Shown piece after piece: positions 29,878 through 39,353 of a stretch of DNA of 64,000 nucleotides. The position numbers were made by a program, and so were the translations under genes. The DNA is from Dehalococcoidia bacterium (GTDB lineage: Bacteria; Chloroflexota; Dehalococcoidia; UBA2979), in NCBI GenBank assembly GCA_963667465.2, contig CAXXDN010000001.1, positions 960,001 through 1,024,000 on the forward strand, in the 5' to 3' direction. The stretch's first letter is position 1. Each line of letters opens with the position of its first letter. Below the pieces are notes generated by a model. That model was not told the DNA's origin and did not search any database. It saw only the letters and a program-made list of their open reading frames with translations.

Positions 29878-31077
29878 ATGGCCGATCGCAGCGAGCCCCT
29901 GAAGTTCGGGATCTTCGCGCAACCCTTCCACGAGCCCGGCGAACATCCGACCGTCGCCTACGAGCGCGACATGGAGGTGATCGAGCTCCTCGACCGCCTC
30001 AACTTCGACGAGGCCTGGATCGGCGAGCATCACAGCGCCGGCTGGGAAACCGTCGGCGACCCGGCGCTGTTCATCGCGGCCGCCGCCCAGCGCACGAGGC
30101 GCATCCGGCTCGGCACGGGCGTGGTCAGCCTGCCCTACCACCACCCCTTCACGCTGGCCCATCGCATGGTCCAGCTCGACCACCTGACGCGAGGCCGCAT
30201 CAACTTCGGCGTCGGCCCCGGCGCGCTCTACTCCGACGCCTACCAGCTCGGCATCGAGCCGACGACGCAGCGGCGGCGGATGAGCGAGGCGCTCGACGCG
30301 ATCATGCGCCTGCTCCGCGGCGAGGTGGTGACGGAGCAGACGGAGTGGTACGAACTGCGCGACGCGCGCCTGCAGCTGGCCTCCTACCAGCAGCCGCATG
30401 TCCCGGTCTTCGTCGCGCATGCCACCTCGCCCGCCGGCGCGCAGGCGGCCGGGCGGCAGGGCGTGGGAATGCTCTCCGTCGCCTCCTCCGAGCTGGCCGG
30501 CGGCCTCGGCACGATGTCCCAGGCCTGGGACTGGGCCAGCGAGGAAGCCGGGCGCCACGGCAAGGAGTTCGATCGCCGCAACTGGCGCGTCACCATGACC
30601 ATGCACCTCGCCGACTCGCGCGAAGAGGCGCTCGCGGACATCCGCGAGGGCGTGCTCGCCCTCAACCGCGGCTACTTCGGCACGCTCGGGATCCGTTTCG
30701 AGGATGGTCACGACAGCGTCGACTGGCTCGCGCAGCAGTCCGGCGCGGCGATCGGCACGCCCGACGACGCGGTGGCCGCGATCGAGGAGGTCCTCGAGGC
30801 CTCCGGGGGGGTCGGCGGCATCCTCATCAACCATCGCGAGTGGGCGCGCACGACCGGGCGGATGCGGCGCAGCTACGAGCTCTTCGCCCGCCACGTCATG
30901 CCGCGCTTCCAGGGCCAGGCGCAGCCCTTCGAGGACAGCCTCGAGTGGGCGCGCGAGGGGCATCGCACGCTCTTCCGCCCGGTGCGCGCCGCGCAGCGCC
31001 AGGCCTTCGTCGACGCCGGCATCGAGGTGCCGGACGAGCTGCGCCCGCGCGGCCGCACCCCGGAGCCGGAAGGCTAG
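29878..31077 (+). CDS. LLM-class flavin-dependent oxidoreductase (limonene monooxygenase-like)
   Basis: WIGEHHSAGWE, LGTGVVSLPYHHP, LDHLTRGR. Confidence 0.9.
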   Translation: MADRSEPLKFGIFAQPFHEPGEHPTVAYERDMEVIELLDRLNFDEAWIGEHHSAGWETVGDPALFIAAAAQRTRRIRLGTGVVSLPYHHPFTLAHRMVQLDHLTRGRINFGVGPGALYSDAYQLGIEPTTQRRRMSEALDAIMRLLRGEVVTEQTEWYELRDARLQLASYQQPHVPVFVAHATSPAGAQAAGRQGVGMLSVASSELAGGLGTMSQAWDWASEEAGRHGKEFDRRNWRVTMTMHLADSREEALADIREGVLALNRGYFGTLGIRFEDGHDSVDWLAQQSGAAIGTPDDAVAAIEEVLEASGGVGGILINHREWARTTGRMRRSYELFARHVMPRFQGQAQPFEDSLEWAREGHRTLFRPVRAAQRQAFVDAGIEVPDELRPRGRTPEPEG

Positions 31078-31163
31078 CGGAAGCGCGGTCGCGGTCCTCC
31101 AGCCGGCGGTGGGCGACCCGGAAGCGGGAACCAGCGACGGCGGGCGATGGCGAGCGGAGACCC

Positions 31164-31169
31164 TATACT
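31164..31169 (+). promoter_or_regulatory. Putative -10 box TATACT
   Basis: Near-consensus hexamer in a GC-rich intergenic region upstream of 31234. Confidence 0.35.
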
Positions 31170-31233
31170 CCAGCTGCATGCCGCGCTCGCTTCTCTCAGC
31201 GACGAAGGTGGCACGACGAGAGGCGGATGAGCG

Positions 31234-32019
31234 ATGCCGAACGAGGTTCTGATCGACGAGCGCGGACCGGTCACGGTCGTCAAGATCAACCGGCCCGAGC
31301 GGCTCAATGCCTGGAGCCGCGACGTGACGGCGCAGCTCGGCGAGTACCTCGCCAGCCTCAACGAGGGCGAGTACGGGACCCGCTGCATCGTGCTCACGGG
31401 TGAAGGGCGCGCCTTCTGCTCGGGCGCCGATGTCGGCGGGCTCGCCAACAGCGCCCAGGGCGGCCGCCCGGCCTGGCGCCCACCGCACACCGACTACCAC
31501 CCCGCCGATCTGCTGCGGCGTTGCGACGTTCCGATCGTGGGTGCGATCAACGGCTATGCGATCGGCATGGGCTTCGGGATCGCCCTCGCGACCGATATCC
31601 GCATCGCCGCCGATGACGCGCGCTTCCAGGTCACGCAGATGAAGCGCGGCCTCTTCGCGGACGGAGGCCTCGGTCACCTGCTGCCGCAGGCCGTCGGCGA
31701 CCAGCGCGCCCTGGAGCTGATGTATACGGCGCGGATGGTGGAGGCCGAGGAGGCGCTGGAGCTGGGGATCGTGCTGAAGGTCGTCCCGCGCGAGGAGCTC
31801 ATGGACGCCGCGCTCGAGCTCGCCGGGCAGATCGCGGCCAGTGGCCCGATGGGGCTCGCGGCCTCCAAGCGTGTCGTCTACCAGCGCACCGAGGAGCCCT
31901 GGCAGCGCTCGCAGGAGTTCACGGGCCTCGTGATCGAACGGTTCTTTCTCACCGAGGACTTCAAGGAAGGCGTCCAGTCCTTCGTCGAACGCCGCGAGCC
32001 GCAGTTCCAGGGACGCTAA
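31234..32019 (+). CDS. Enoyl-CoA hydratase/isomerase family protein (PaaG-like)
   Basis: INRPERLNA, FCSGAD, GLFADGG; Glu pair absent. Confidence 0.9.
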   Translation: MPNEVLIDERGPVTVVKINRPERLNAWSRDVTAQLGEYLASLNEGEYGTRCIVLTGEGRAFCSGADVGGLANSAQGGRPAWRPPHTDYHPADLLRRCDVPIVGAINGYAIGMGFGIALATDIRIAADDARFQVTQMKRGLFADGGLGHLLPQAVGDQRALELMYTARMVEAEEALELGIVLKVVPREELMDAALELAGQIAASGPMGLAASKRVVYQRTEEPWQRSQEFTGLVIERFFLTEDFKEGVQSFVERREPQFQGR

Positions 32020-32054
32020 CGGCCGCGACCGCGCGCCCAGGCGGAGAGGTACCC

Positions 32055-32843
32055 ATGGCCGAACCGGGCGCGCGCGTCCAGATCGAGGAAGGCGTCGCCT
32101 TCGCCTCCGCGGGCGGGCGGGAGCTGCGCTGCGACGTCTTCCGTCCGGCCGGCCAGACGGGGCCGCAGCCGGGGGTCCTCTTCGTGCACGGCGGGAGCTG
32201 GCACAGCGGCGGGCCGTCGATGATGCGCGGCTACGGCATCCTCATGGCCCGCAACGGCTACCCCTGCGTCGCTTCCGAGTACCGCCTCAGCGACGAAGCG
32301 AAGTGGCCGGCGCAGCTCGACGATGTGCTCGCGGCGGTCCGCTGGATGCAGGACGAGGCGGGCGACCTCGGCGTCGACCCGGATCGCCTCGTGCTGTGGG
32401 GGCTGTCCGCGGGCTCGCACATGACGCTCATGGCCGCCGCGCAGCTCGCCGGCGAGGCGAGCCCGATCGCTGCCAGCATCAACTACTACCCGATCACCAG
32501 CCTCGAGCCGGCGCTCGGCACGGCCTGGGAGCACGCCCAGCGACTGCCGGAGGATCCCGCGACGGCGGACTGGGCCGCGATGAGCCCGCTCACGCACGCC
32601 GGGGCGGGGTTCCCTCCCACACTGCTCCTGCATGGCTCCGCCGACGTGATGGTCGCCCTCGACCAGAGCCTGCGGCTCTACGAGGCGCTGACCCGGTCCG
32701 GCGTTCCCACGGACCTCACGGTCTTCGCCGGGCAGCCGCACGGCTTTGACCTCAAGCGCGAGTTCGCGCTCCACTCCGTCGAGGTCGCGCGCTTCTTCCT
32801 CGCGCGCTACGCGCCGCTGAGCAGCAAGGGAGACTCCGCTTGA
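32055..32843 (+). CDS. Alpha/beta hydrolase (esterase/lipase)
   Basis: HGGSW, GLSAG nucleophile, HGSAD, HGF. Confidence 0.9.
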   Translation: MAEPGARVQIEEGVAFASAGGRELRCDVFRPAGQTGPQPGVLFVHGGSWHSGGPSMMRGYGILMARNGYPCVASEYRLSDEAKWPAQLDDVLAAVRWMQDEAGDLGVDPDRLVLWGLSAGSHMTLMAAAQLAGEASPIAASINYYPITSLEPALGTAWEHAQRLPEDPATADWAAMSPLTHAGAGFPPTLLLHGSADVMVALDQSLRLYEALTRSGVPTDLTVFAGQPHGFDLKREFALHSVEVARFFLARYAPLSSKGDSA

Positions 32844-33721
32844 AACTGGGACTGCACCTCGCGAACTTCACCTATGGCGTCGCCGCGCCGGAGTTCGCAC
32901 CGAAGCTCGACGAGATCGTGAGCGGCGCCGAGGCGGCCGGCTTCGACCGAATCTCGGTGATGGATCACTACTTCCAGATCCCCGGCGTCGGTCCGGCCGA
33001 GCACGAGATGTTCGAGGCGTACGGCATCCTCGGCTACATCGCCGCGCGGACCTCGCGCGTGAAGCTCGGCGTGCTCGCGACCGGGGTGACCTACCGCAAC
33101 CCCGGCTTCCTCGCGAAGCAGATGACCGGCCTCGATGTCCTGTCGGGTGGTCGCGCCTGGCTTGGGATCGGCGCGGCCTGGTACGAGCGGGAGCACCTCG
33201 GCCTGGGGTGGGCGTTCCCGCCGCTGCGGGAGCGCTACGAGCGTCTCGAGGAGGCAATCCGGATCTGCCTGCAGCTGTGGAGCGACGACGATGGCCCGTT
33301 CGAGGGAACGCACTACCAGCTCGCGGAGACGCTGTGCTCACCGCGGCCGATCCAGCAGCCGCGGCCGCCGCTCATGGTCGCCGGCAGTGGCGAGCGGAAG
33401 ACGCTCCGCCTCGTCGCGCGCTACGCGGATCAGTGCAACGTGATCGGCAACAGCCCCGCAGCCGCGAGGCGCCTCTTCGCCATCCTCGAAGCGCACTGCG
33501 AAGCGGAGGGCACGGACTACGAGGCGATCGAGCGAACCGTCACGATGCGCTTTGATCCCGGTCCCGAGGGCGAGCGCGCCGCCGAGGTCGTCGAGAAGAT
33601 CGGGGAACTCGCGGACGCGGGCGCACAGGCCATCCTCGGCTCCCTGCAGGGCGTCGACGATCCGCGGGTGCTGGAGGCGATGGGCCGCCTCGTGATCCCG
33701 CAAGTCGCCGGAGGAGACTGA
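32840..33721 (+). CDS. LLM-class F420-dependent oxidoreductase (Rv1855c-like)
   Basis: VMDHYFQI, TGVTYRNPG.LAK, GSGERKTLRLVARYAD. Confidence 0.9.
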   Translation: MKLGLHLANFTYGVAAPEFAPKLDEIVSGAEAAGFDRISVMDHYFQIPGVGPAEHEMFEAYGILGYIAARTSRVKLGVLATGVTYRNPGFLAKQMTGLDVLSGGRAWLGIGAAWYEREHLGLGWAFPPLRERYERLEEAIRICLQLWSDDDGPFEGTHYQLAETLCSPRPIQQPRPPLMVAGSGERKTLRLVARYADQCNVIGNSPAAARRLFAILEAHCEAEGTDYEAIERTVTMRFDPGPEGERAAEVVEKIGELADAGAQAILGSLQGVDDPRVLEAMGRLVIPQVAGGD

Positions 33722-33723
33722 GC

Positions 33724-34764
33724 ATGGTGATCGACTTGCGATCCGACACCGTCACGCGGCCGGGCGAGGAGCTGCGCCGGACGATGGCGCGCGCCGAGGT
33801 CGGCGACGACGGCCGCGGTGACGACCCCACGGTGCAGCGCCTCGAGGCGGCCTCGGCCGAGCGCGTCGGCAAGGAGGCCGCGCTCTACGTGCCGAGCGGC
33901 ACGATGGCGAACCTGCTCGCGCTGCTCGTCTACTGCGGGCGAGGCGACGAGGCGGTGGTCGGCTCGCAGTCGCACATCCTCCACCACGAGGCGGTGGGCG
34001 CCTCGGCGTTGGGCGGTGTCAGCCTGCGCAGCGTCGCCAACGACGAGCGCGGCCGCATCGACCCCGCTGAGTTGCGAGACGTGATCCGCGACCCCGCTAC
34101 GCCGCCGCGGACCACGCTGGTCTGCCTCGAAAACACGCACAATCGCTGCAACGGCGCGGCGGTCCCCCTCGACAGCATGCGCGGCGGAGTCGAGGTCGCG
34201 CGCGCGGCGGGCGCCGCAGTGCACCTCGACGGCGCGCGCATCTTCAACGCCGCGCTCGCGCTGGAGACGGACGCCGCGACGATCGCCGCGCTCGCCGACA
34301 CCGTTGCGTTCTGCTTCTCGAAGGGCCTCGGCGCGCCGGTCGGCTCCGTGCTGGCGGGACCGCGCGAGGTGATCGACCGCGCGCGGGTGCTGCGCCGCCA
34401 GCTGGGCGGCGCGATGCGGCAGGCCGGCCTGATCGCCGCCGCCGCGCTGTACGCCCTCGATCACCACGTCGAGCGGCTGGGCGAGGACCACGAGCGCGCG
34501 GCGCGCCTCGCCGGCGGGCTGGCCGCGCTGCCGGGCGGCGCCCTGCAGGTCGCCACGCCCGAGACCAACATCGTCTTCTTCGAGATCGATGGCGCGCTGG
34601 ACGGGCTCGAGTTCCGCGAGCGCCTCGCCGCGGAGGGCGTGCTGTGCAGCGGGACCGGTCCGCAGCGGGTGCGGCTGGTCACGCACCTCGATGTCGATGA
34701 CGCTGCGATCGATGCGGCCGTGGCGGCCACGGGCCGCGTCCTCGAGGCGATGCGCGCCGCCTGA
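33724..34764 (+). CDS. ltaE: Low-specificity L-threonine aldolase
   Basis: DLRSDTVTRP, PSGTMAN, LENTHN, HLDGARIFNA, SKGLGAPVGS. Confidence 0.92.
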   Translation: MVIDLRSDTVTRPGEELRRTMARAEVGDDGRGDDPTVQRLEAASAERVGKEAALYVPSGTMANLLALLVYCGRGDEAVVGSQSHILHHEAVGASALGGVSLRSVANDERGRIDPAELRDVIRDPATPPRTTLVCLENTHNRCNGAAVPLDSMRGGVEVARAAGAAVHLDGARIFNAALALETDAATIAALADTVAFCFSKGLGAPVGSVLAGPREVIDRARVLRRQLGGAMRQAGLIAAAALYALDHHVERLGEDHERAARLAGGLAALPGGALQVATPETNIVFFEIDGALDGLEFRERLAAEGVLCSGTGPQRVRLVTHLDVDDAAIDAAVAATGRVLEAMRAA

Positions 34765-34924
34765 GCGCGCCTCAGCCCGGAGGTAGTGGCCTCGCCGGCG
34801 GAACCGGCCACGGTCGTGAACGCCGCGAACTTCATTCCTCAGAACCTCTCGCCTGGCCGGCCCTTCGGCGCTCGCGACCGGTCGTGCTAGCCTTGCCTGC
34901 CGCGATACGCCGAGGAGTCGCGCC

Positions 34925-35977
34925 ATGCCGTCAGGCCGCAATCGAGGTCTGGTCCAGACCGTCCTCGGCCCTGTCGCCCCCTTGGAGCTGGGCCCCACCA
35001 CCACCCACGAACACCTCTATATCGACTTCGCATTCGCGTATCGCCCGGCGCAGGACTCGCCGTCCGAGGAGCTGGCGGACGCGCCGATCACCCTCGAGAA
35101 CCTCGGCTGGATCCGGCGTCACTACTACAGCAACCGCTCCAACCTGCAGCTGGTTGACCTCGATACGGCGATCAGCGAGGTCAGGAGGTACCGCGAGGTC
35201 GGCGGCGGAGCGATTGTGGACGCGACGAGCACGGGAATCAGCCGCAACCCTGACGGTCTGGTCCGGATCTCCCGCGAAACGGGCGTGCATGTCGTCATGG
35301 GCTCCGGCTTCTATGTGGAAGCGGCCCACCCGGACGACATGGATGAACGAAGCGTCGAGGACCTCGCGCGCGGGATCATTGGTGACATTGTCGAGGGCGT
35401 CGGCGGCAGCGGTGTGCGGGCGGGCATCATCGGGGAGGTTGGCTGCACGTGGCCGCTGGCCCCGAACGAGCGCAAGTCACTGCTGGCGGCGGCAATCGCC
35501 CAGCAGGAGACGGGCGCGGCGATCCTGATCCACCCGGGGCGGGATCCCGGTGCGCCGCTGGAGATCCTGGACGTGCTCGCGAGCGGAGGCGCCGAGCTGT
35601 CCCGCGTGATCATGGGACACCTCGATCGGACCGTATTCGAGTTCGACACGCTTCAGCGCATCGCCGCCACGGGCTGCTACCTCGAATGGGACCTGTTCGG
35701 GAACGAGGGGTCGTACTACCCCCGGGCCGGGATCGATATGCCGAGCGATGCCCAGCGGCTGGACTTCATCAGGCGCATCGCCGACGCCGGGTACTCCAAC
35801 AGGATCGTCATTGCCCAGGACATCTTCACGAAGCACCGGCTCGTCAGGTACGGGGGGCACGGCTACGGCCACATCTTCGAGAACATTGTCCCGACGATGC
35901 GGCGCAAGGGCTTTCCGGAAGCGACGATTCAGGCGATCACCGTCGGCAATCCAGCCGGGATCCTCGCGCTCGCATAG
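34925..35977 (+). CDS. Phosphotriesterase-family amidohydrolase
   Basis: QTVLGPV, THEH, GIIGEVG, IHPGR, GHLDR, YGGHGY. Confidence 0.92.
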   Translation: MPSGRNRGLVQTVLGPVAPLELGPTTTHEHLYIDFAFAYRPAQDSPSEELADAPITLENLGWIRRHYYSNRSNLQLVDLDTAISEVRRYREVGGGAIVDATSTGISRNPDGLVRISRETGVHVVMGSGFYVEAAHPDDMDERSVEDLARGIIGDIVEGVGGSGVRAGIIGEVGCTWPLAPNERKSLLAAAIAQQETGAAILIHPGRDPGAPLEILDVLASGGAELSRVIMGHLDRTVFEFDTLQRIAATGCYLEWDLFGNEGSYYPRAGIDMPSDAQRLDFIRRIADAGYSNRIVIAQDIFTKHRLVRYGGHGYGHIFENIVPTMRRKGFPEATIQAITVGNPAGILALA

Positions 35978-36011
35978 CTCCGCCGATGGCGCCCCGGGGC
36001 GCTGCATGACG

Positions 36012-36034
36012 AAGGCCCGCCGGAGGCGGGCCTT
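36012..36034. terminator. Hairpin between convergent genes
   Basis: Perfect 10-bp stem aaggcccgcc-gga-ggcgggcctt; no long U tract. Confidence 0.55.
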
Positions 36035-36059
36035 GCGCGGTGTGGTTGCGTCCTCGGGG

Positions 36060-36419
36060 CTAGTCGGAGTTGGCCAACTCCAGCCACGGCTCGAGTTCGG
36101 CCTCGTGGTGCCACCAGAAGCCGAAGTTGTGATCGCGGGCGGCTTCCTCGTCCGTGTTGCGGTCGCCCATGTGGTAGTAGGCGTCGGCGTCCTCGAACTT
36201 TTCCTTCACCTGGCCAAGCTGGTGCTTGGAGGCGACGAAGGCGGGCTCGATTTCGAGCGCCGCCCACATTCGGCGCTGGCTGCTCAGCGGCCGGTCCGAG
36301 CAACTGCCGACGATAAAGCCTTCGTCAATCGCCCGCCGGACCATCTCGACCGTGACGCCGCCCGGCGGGTCTCCCAGCTCGAGCGTTCCATCGATGTCAA
36401 AGCTCAACAGGATCGCCAC
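36060..36419 (-). CDS. Small HAD-superfamily hydrolase
   Basis: FDIDGTL, HMGDRNTD; GGAGG RBS. Confidence 0.8.
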   Translation of the reverse strand: MAILLSFDIDGTLELGDPPGGVTVEMVRRAIDEGFIVGSCSDRPLSSQRRMWAALEIEPAFVASKHQLGQVKEKFEDADAYYHMGDRNTDEEAARDHNFGFWWHHEAELEPWLELANSD

Positions 36420-36472
36420 GCACTAACCTCCTGGCTCCGTGTACGCCGGGGAGTATCGCCAGCAAACCGCTA

Positions 36473-36495
36473 GGCCGCAACGGGTGCGGCCCGGA
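36473..36495 (-). repeat. Hairpin element downstream of thiolase copy C, duplicated at 39307-39329
   Basis: ggccgcaacgggtgcggcccgga vs ggccgcaacgagtgcggcccgga (1 mismatch). Confidence 0.75.
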
Positions 36496-36518
36496 GCGAG
36501 GTCGGCGAGCTCCGGGTG

Positions 36519-37814
36519 CTAGTCGGGGACCGAGCTGAAGGCCAGCGCGGCGGCCCGGAACGGGAGCACACCGATCGTGACCGCTACCTCGGCCTTGATC
36601 GCCACCTGGCGCTCGCCCGCACGGCCCTGCAGCTGCTCCATCGGGTCGGTGATGAAGACCGTGCGCATGCGGCCGGTGCCCATGTTGCCGCCGCCCGAGT
36701 TGATCGGATTCGGCCCCTTGAGCGAGATGTCGCCCGCGTAGAAGTCGTGCGCTTCGCCGCGCTTCACTCCTCGCCAGCCGAAGGCTTCGAGGAAGTACTG
36801 CGTGAACACCGCGAAGCCGTCATACGGCGCGAAGACGTCGATGTCCTCGGGCCGCAGGCCGGAGCCGGCGTAGGAGCGCCGCGCCTGGGTGGAGGTCCAC
36901 TCCTCGGTGTCGTTGAGGGTCTCGACGAGGCTGCGCGGGGCGAACTCGCTCTCCGTGTGGTCGAGGACGTAGACAGGCTTCTGCTTCATGTCCTTCGCGC
37001 GCTCGGCGGTGGTGACGACGTAGCAGGCGCCGGCCTGCACGGGCCGGTCACAGTCGAAGATGCTGAGGTTCTGCGCGATCCAGCGGCCGTTGAGGTAGTC
37101 CTCCTCGGTGAACGGCTCCGGCTCGTGCTGGGCGTAGTAGCTGTACGGCCAGAGCAGGCCGTTGTTGTGCTCCTGGACGATGAACGGGGCCAGCCGGTCG
37201 TGGTTCGTCCCGTACTTCCGCGCGTACTGGTCGAAGACGTAGCCCTGGCCGGAGAGCCCCCAGCCGTAGGGGTAGGTCCACTGGGTCGCTCCCGGCGCGG
37301 CGAGGCTCGGGTTCTGGTGATAGCGGCCCTCGATGTTCCCGTTCGGGTAGGGCACGAGGCAGACCTCGCAGCGCCCGTCGCCGACGACCTGGGCGGCGAG
37401 GCCGATCAGGTTCCAGAGGGTCGCGCCGTGCGAGTTCAGGTACTTCACGTTCGGGAGGTTCATCGTCTTGCGCAGCCACTCGGCCGTCACGTAGGTGAGC
37501 CCGTCCTCGGAGTCGTACGGCGGGTCGAAGAAGGGCCGCTCCGGCCCCCACTGTGAGCCGAGGCTCGCGTGGTTGGTCTGCCCGCCTGCCGAGGTGACGA
37601 TGCCGTCGACGTCTTCGGGCGTGATGCCGGCGTCATCCATGGCCGCGCGGGCGGCCTCGATGACGTAGGCGCCCAGCGTCTTGTCCATGCTGACGCCGTC
37701 CCAGCGGCGGTCGGTGTTCTTCGAGTGGCCGCGGCCGGCGAGCGCGACCTTGCCGCGGTGCTCCCAGATCCCGACGGGGTCCTCGTTGCGCTCCCAGTGA
37801 ATCTCGTTTGCCAT
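36519..37814 (-). CDS. Thiolase-fold protein (SCP-x/Ltp2-like), copy C
   Basis: Start MANEIHW; DCDRPVQ, YDGF, LEAFG, INSGGG, QLQGRAGERQ. Confidence 0.88.
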   Translation of the reverse strand: MANEIHWERNEDPVGIWEHRGKVALAGRGHSKNTDRRWDGVSMDKTLGAYVIEAARAAMDDAGITPEDVDGIVTSAGGQTNHASLGSQWGPERPFFDPPYDSEDGLTYVTAEWLRKTMNLPNVKYLNSHGATLWNLIGLAAQVVGDGRCEVCLVPYPNGNIEGRYHQNPSLAAPGATQWTYPYGWGLSGQGYVFDQYARKYGTNHDRLAPFIVQEHNNGLLWPYSYYAQHEPEPFTEEDYLNGRWIAQNLSIFDCDRPVQAGACYVVTTAERAKDMKQKPVYVLDHTESEFAPRSLVETLNDTEEWTSTQARRSYAGSGLRPEDIDVFAPYDGFAVFTQYFLEAFGWRGVKRGEAHDFYAGDISLKGPNPINSGGGNMGTGRMRTVFITDPMEQLQGRAGERQVAIKAEVAVTIGVLPFRAAALAFSSVPD

Positions 37815-37845
37815 GAGTCGTGCCCTTCCTGCGCGGTCCCGGCTG

Positions 37846-39141
37846 CTAGTCGGGGACCGTGCTGAACGCCAGCGCCGCAGCCGAGATCGGGAGCACCCCG
37901 ATCGTGACCGCGATCTCGGCCTTGGTGGCGATCTGCCGTTCACCCGCGCGACCCTGCAACTGCTCCATCGGGTCGGTGATGAAGACCGTGCGCATGCGGC
38001 CGGTGCCCATGTTGCCGCCGCCCGAGTTGATCGGGTTCGGCCCCTTGAGCGAGATGTCGCCGGCGTAGAAGTCGTGCGCCTCGCCGCGCTTTACCCCGCG
38101 CCAGCCGAAGGCCTCGAGGAAGTACTGCGTGAACACCGCGAAGCCGTCGTAGGGCGCGAACACGTCGATGTCGTCGGGCCGCAGGCCGGAGCCGGCGTAG
38201 GAGCGCCGCGCCTGGGTGTCCGTCCACTCCTCGGTGTCGTCGAGGGTCTGCGTGAGGCTGCGCGGGGTGAACGCGGTCTCCGTGTGGTCGAGGATGTAGA
38301 CCGGCTGCTGCTTCATATCCTTCGCGCGCTCGGCGGTGGTGATCACGTAGCAGGCGCCGGCCTGCACCGGACGGTCACAGTCGAAGATGCTGAGATTCTG
38401 CGCAATCCAGCGCCCGTTGAGGTAGTCCTCCTCGGTGTACGGCCCGGGCTCGTGCTGGGCGTAGTAGCTGTAAGGCCAGAGCAGGCCGTTGGCGTGCTCC
38501 TGGACGATGAACGGAGCCATGCGGTCGTGGTTCGTCCCGTACTTGCGGGCGTACTGCTCGAAGACGTAGCCATGCACGGACTGACCCCAGCCGTACGGGA
38601 AGTTCCATTGCGCCGGTCCGGGCGCCTCGAGGGCCGGGTTCTGGTGGTAGCGGCCCTCGATGTTCCCGTTCGGGTAGGGCACGAGGCAGACCTCGCAGCG
38701 CCCGTCGCCGACGACCTGGGCGGCGAGGCCGATCAGGTTCCAGAGGGTCGCGCCGTGCGAGTTCAGGTACTTCACGTTCGGGAGGTTCATCGTCTTGCGC
38801 AGCCACTCGGCTGTCACGTAGGTGAGCCCGTCCTCGGAGTCGTACGGCGGGTCGAAGTAGGGCCGCGTCGGGCCCCACTGCCCGCCGAGGCTCGCGTGGT
38901 TGGGCTGCCCACCGGCCGAGGTGACGATGCCGTCGACCTCGTCGGGCGAGATGCCGGCGTCATCCATCGCGGCGCGGGCGGCCTCGATGACGTAGGCGCC
39001 GAGCGACTTGTCGAGGCTCACGCCGTCCCAGCGGCGGTCGGTGTTCTTCGAGTGGCCGCGGCCGGCGAGCGCGACCTTGCCGCGGTGCTCCCAGATACCG
39101 ACGGGGTCCTCGTTGCGCTCCCAGTGAATCGCGCGTGTCAT
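37846..39141 (-). CDS. Thiolase-fold protein (SCP-x/Ltp2-like), copy B
   Basis: Near-identical paralog of its neighbours. Confidence 0.88.
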   Translation of the reverse strand: MTRAIHWERNEDPVGIWEHRGKVALAGRGHSKNTDRRWDGVSLDKSLGAYVIEAARAAMDDAGISPDEVDGIVTSAGGQPNHASLGGQWGPTRPYFDPPYDSEDGLTYVTAEWLRKTMNLPNVKYLNSHGATLWNLIGLAAQVVGDGRCEVCLVPYPNGNIEGRYHQNPALEAPGPAQWNFPYGWGQSVHGYVFEQYARKYGTNHDRMAPFIVQEHANGLLWPYSYYAQHEPGPYTEEDYLNGRWIAQNLSIFDCDRPVQAGACYVITTAERAKDMKQQPVYILDHTETAFTPRSLTQTLDDTEEWTDTQARRSYAGSGLRPDDIDVFAPYDGFAVFTQYFLEAFGWRGVKRGEAHDFYAGDISLKGPNPINSGGGNMGTGRMRTVFITDPMEQLQGRAGERQIATKAEIAVTIGVLPISAAALAFSTVPD

Positions 39142-39195
39142 GGTGTGCGCCTCCCTGCCCGTGGCCCCGGCGGTGTGATCCGCGCCACGAGGGCG

Positions 39196-39247
39196 TCAGC
39201 TCTCCTCGACGGCCACCCGCTCCGGGATCAGTCGATCCGGCGAAACC
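39196..39247 (-). pseudogene. 3' remnant of a duplicated OB-fold gene
   Basis: Encodes DRLIPERVAVEES* vs DQKIPEWRVVEES* at 40710; first 16 nt from the stop are identical. Confidence 0.75.
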
Positions 39248-39303
39248 CCGGCGGCACTGCCGGAGGGCTGATGCTCATGCACGCCGCATTTTGCCACGAT
39301 CCG

Positions 39304-39328
39304 CCGGGCCGCAACGAGTGCGGCCCGG
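39304..39328 (-). terminator. Hairpin downstream of thiolase copy A
   Basis: 10-bp stem ccgggccgca-acgag-tgcggcccgg. Confidence 0.5.
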
Positions 39329-39353
39329 ATCGCAGCCGGTGAGCCCCCGCTTG

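Noticed and set aside
34770-34835. MKFAAFTTVA..., a possible LLM N-terminal remnant on the minus strand
   Set aside because: Too short to support, and the ORF continues antisense to ltaE.
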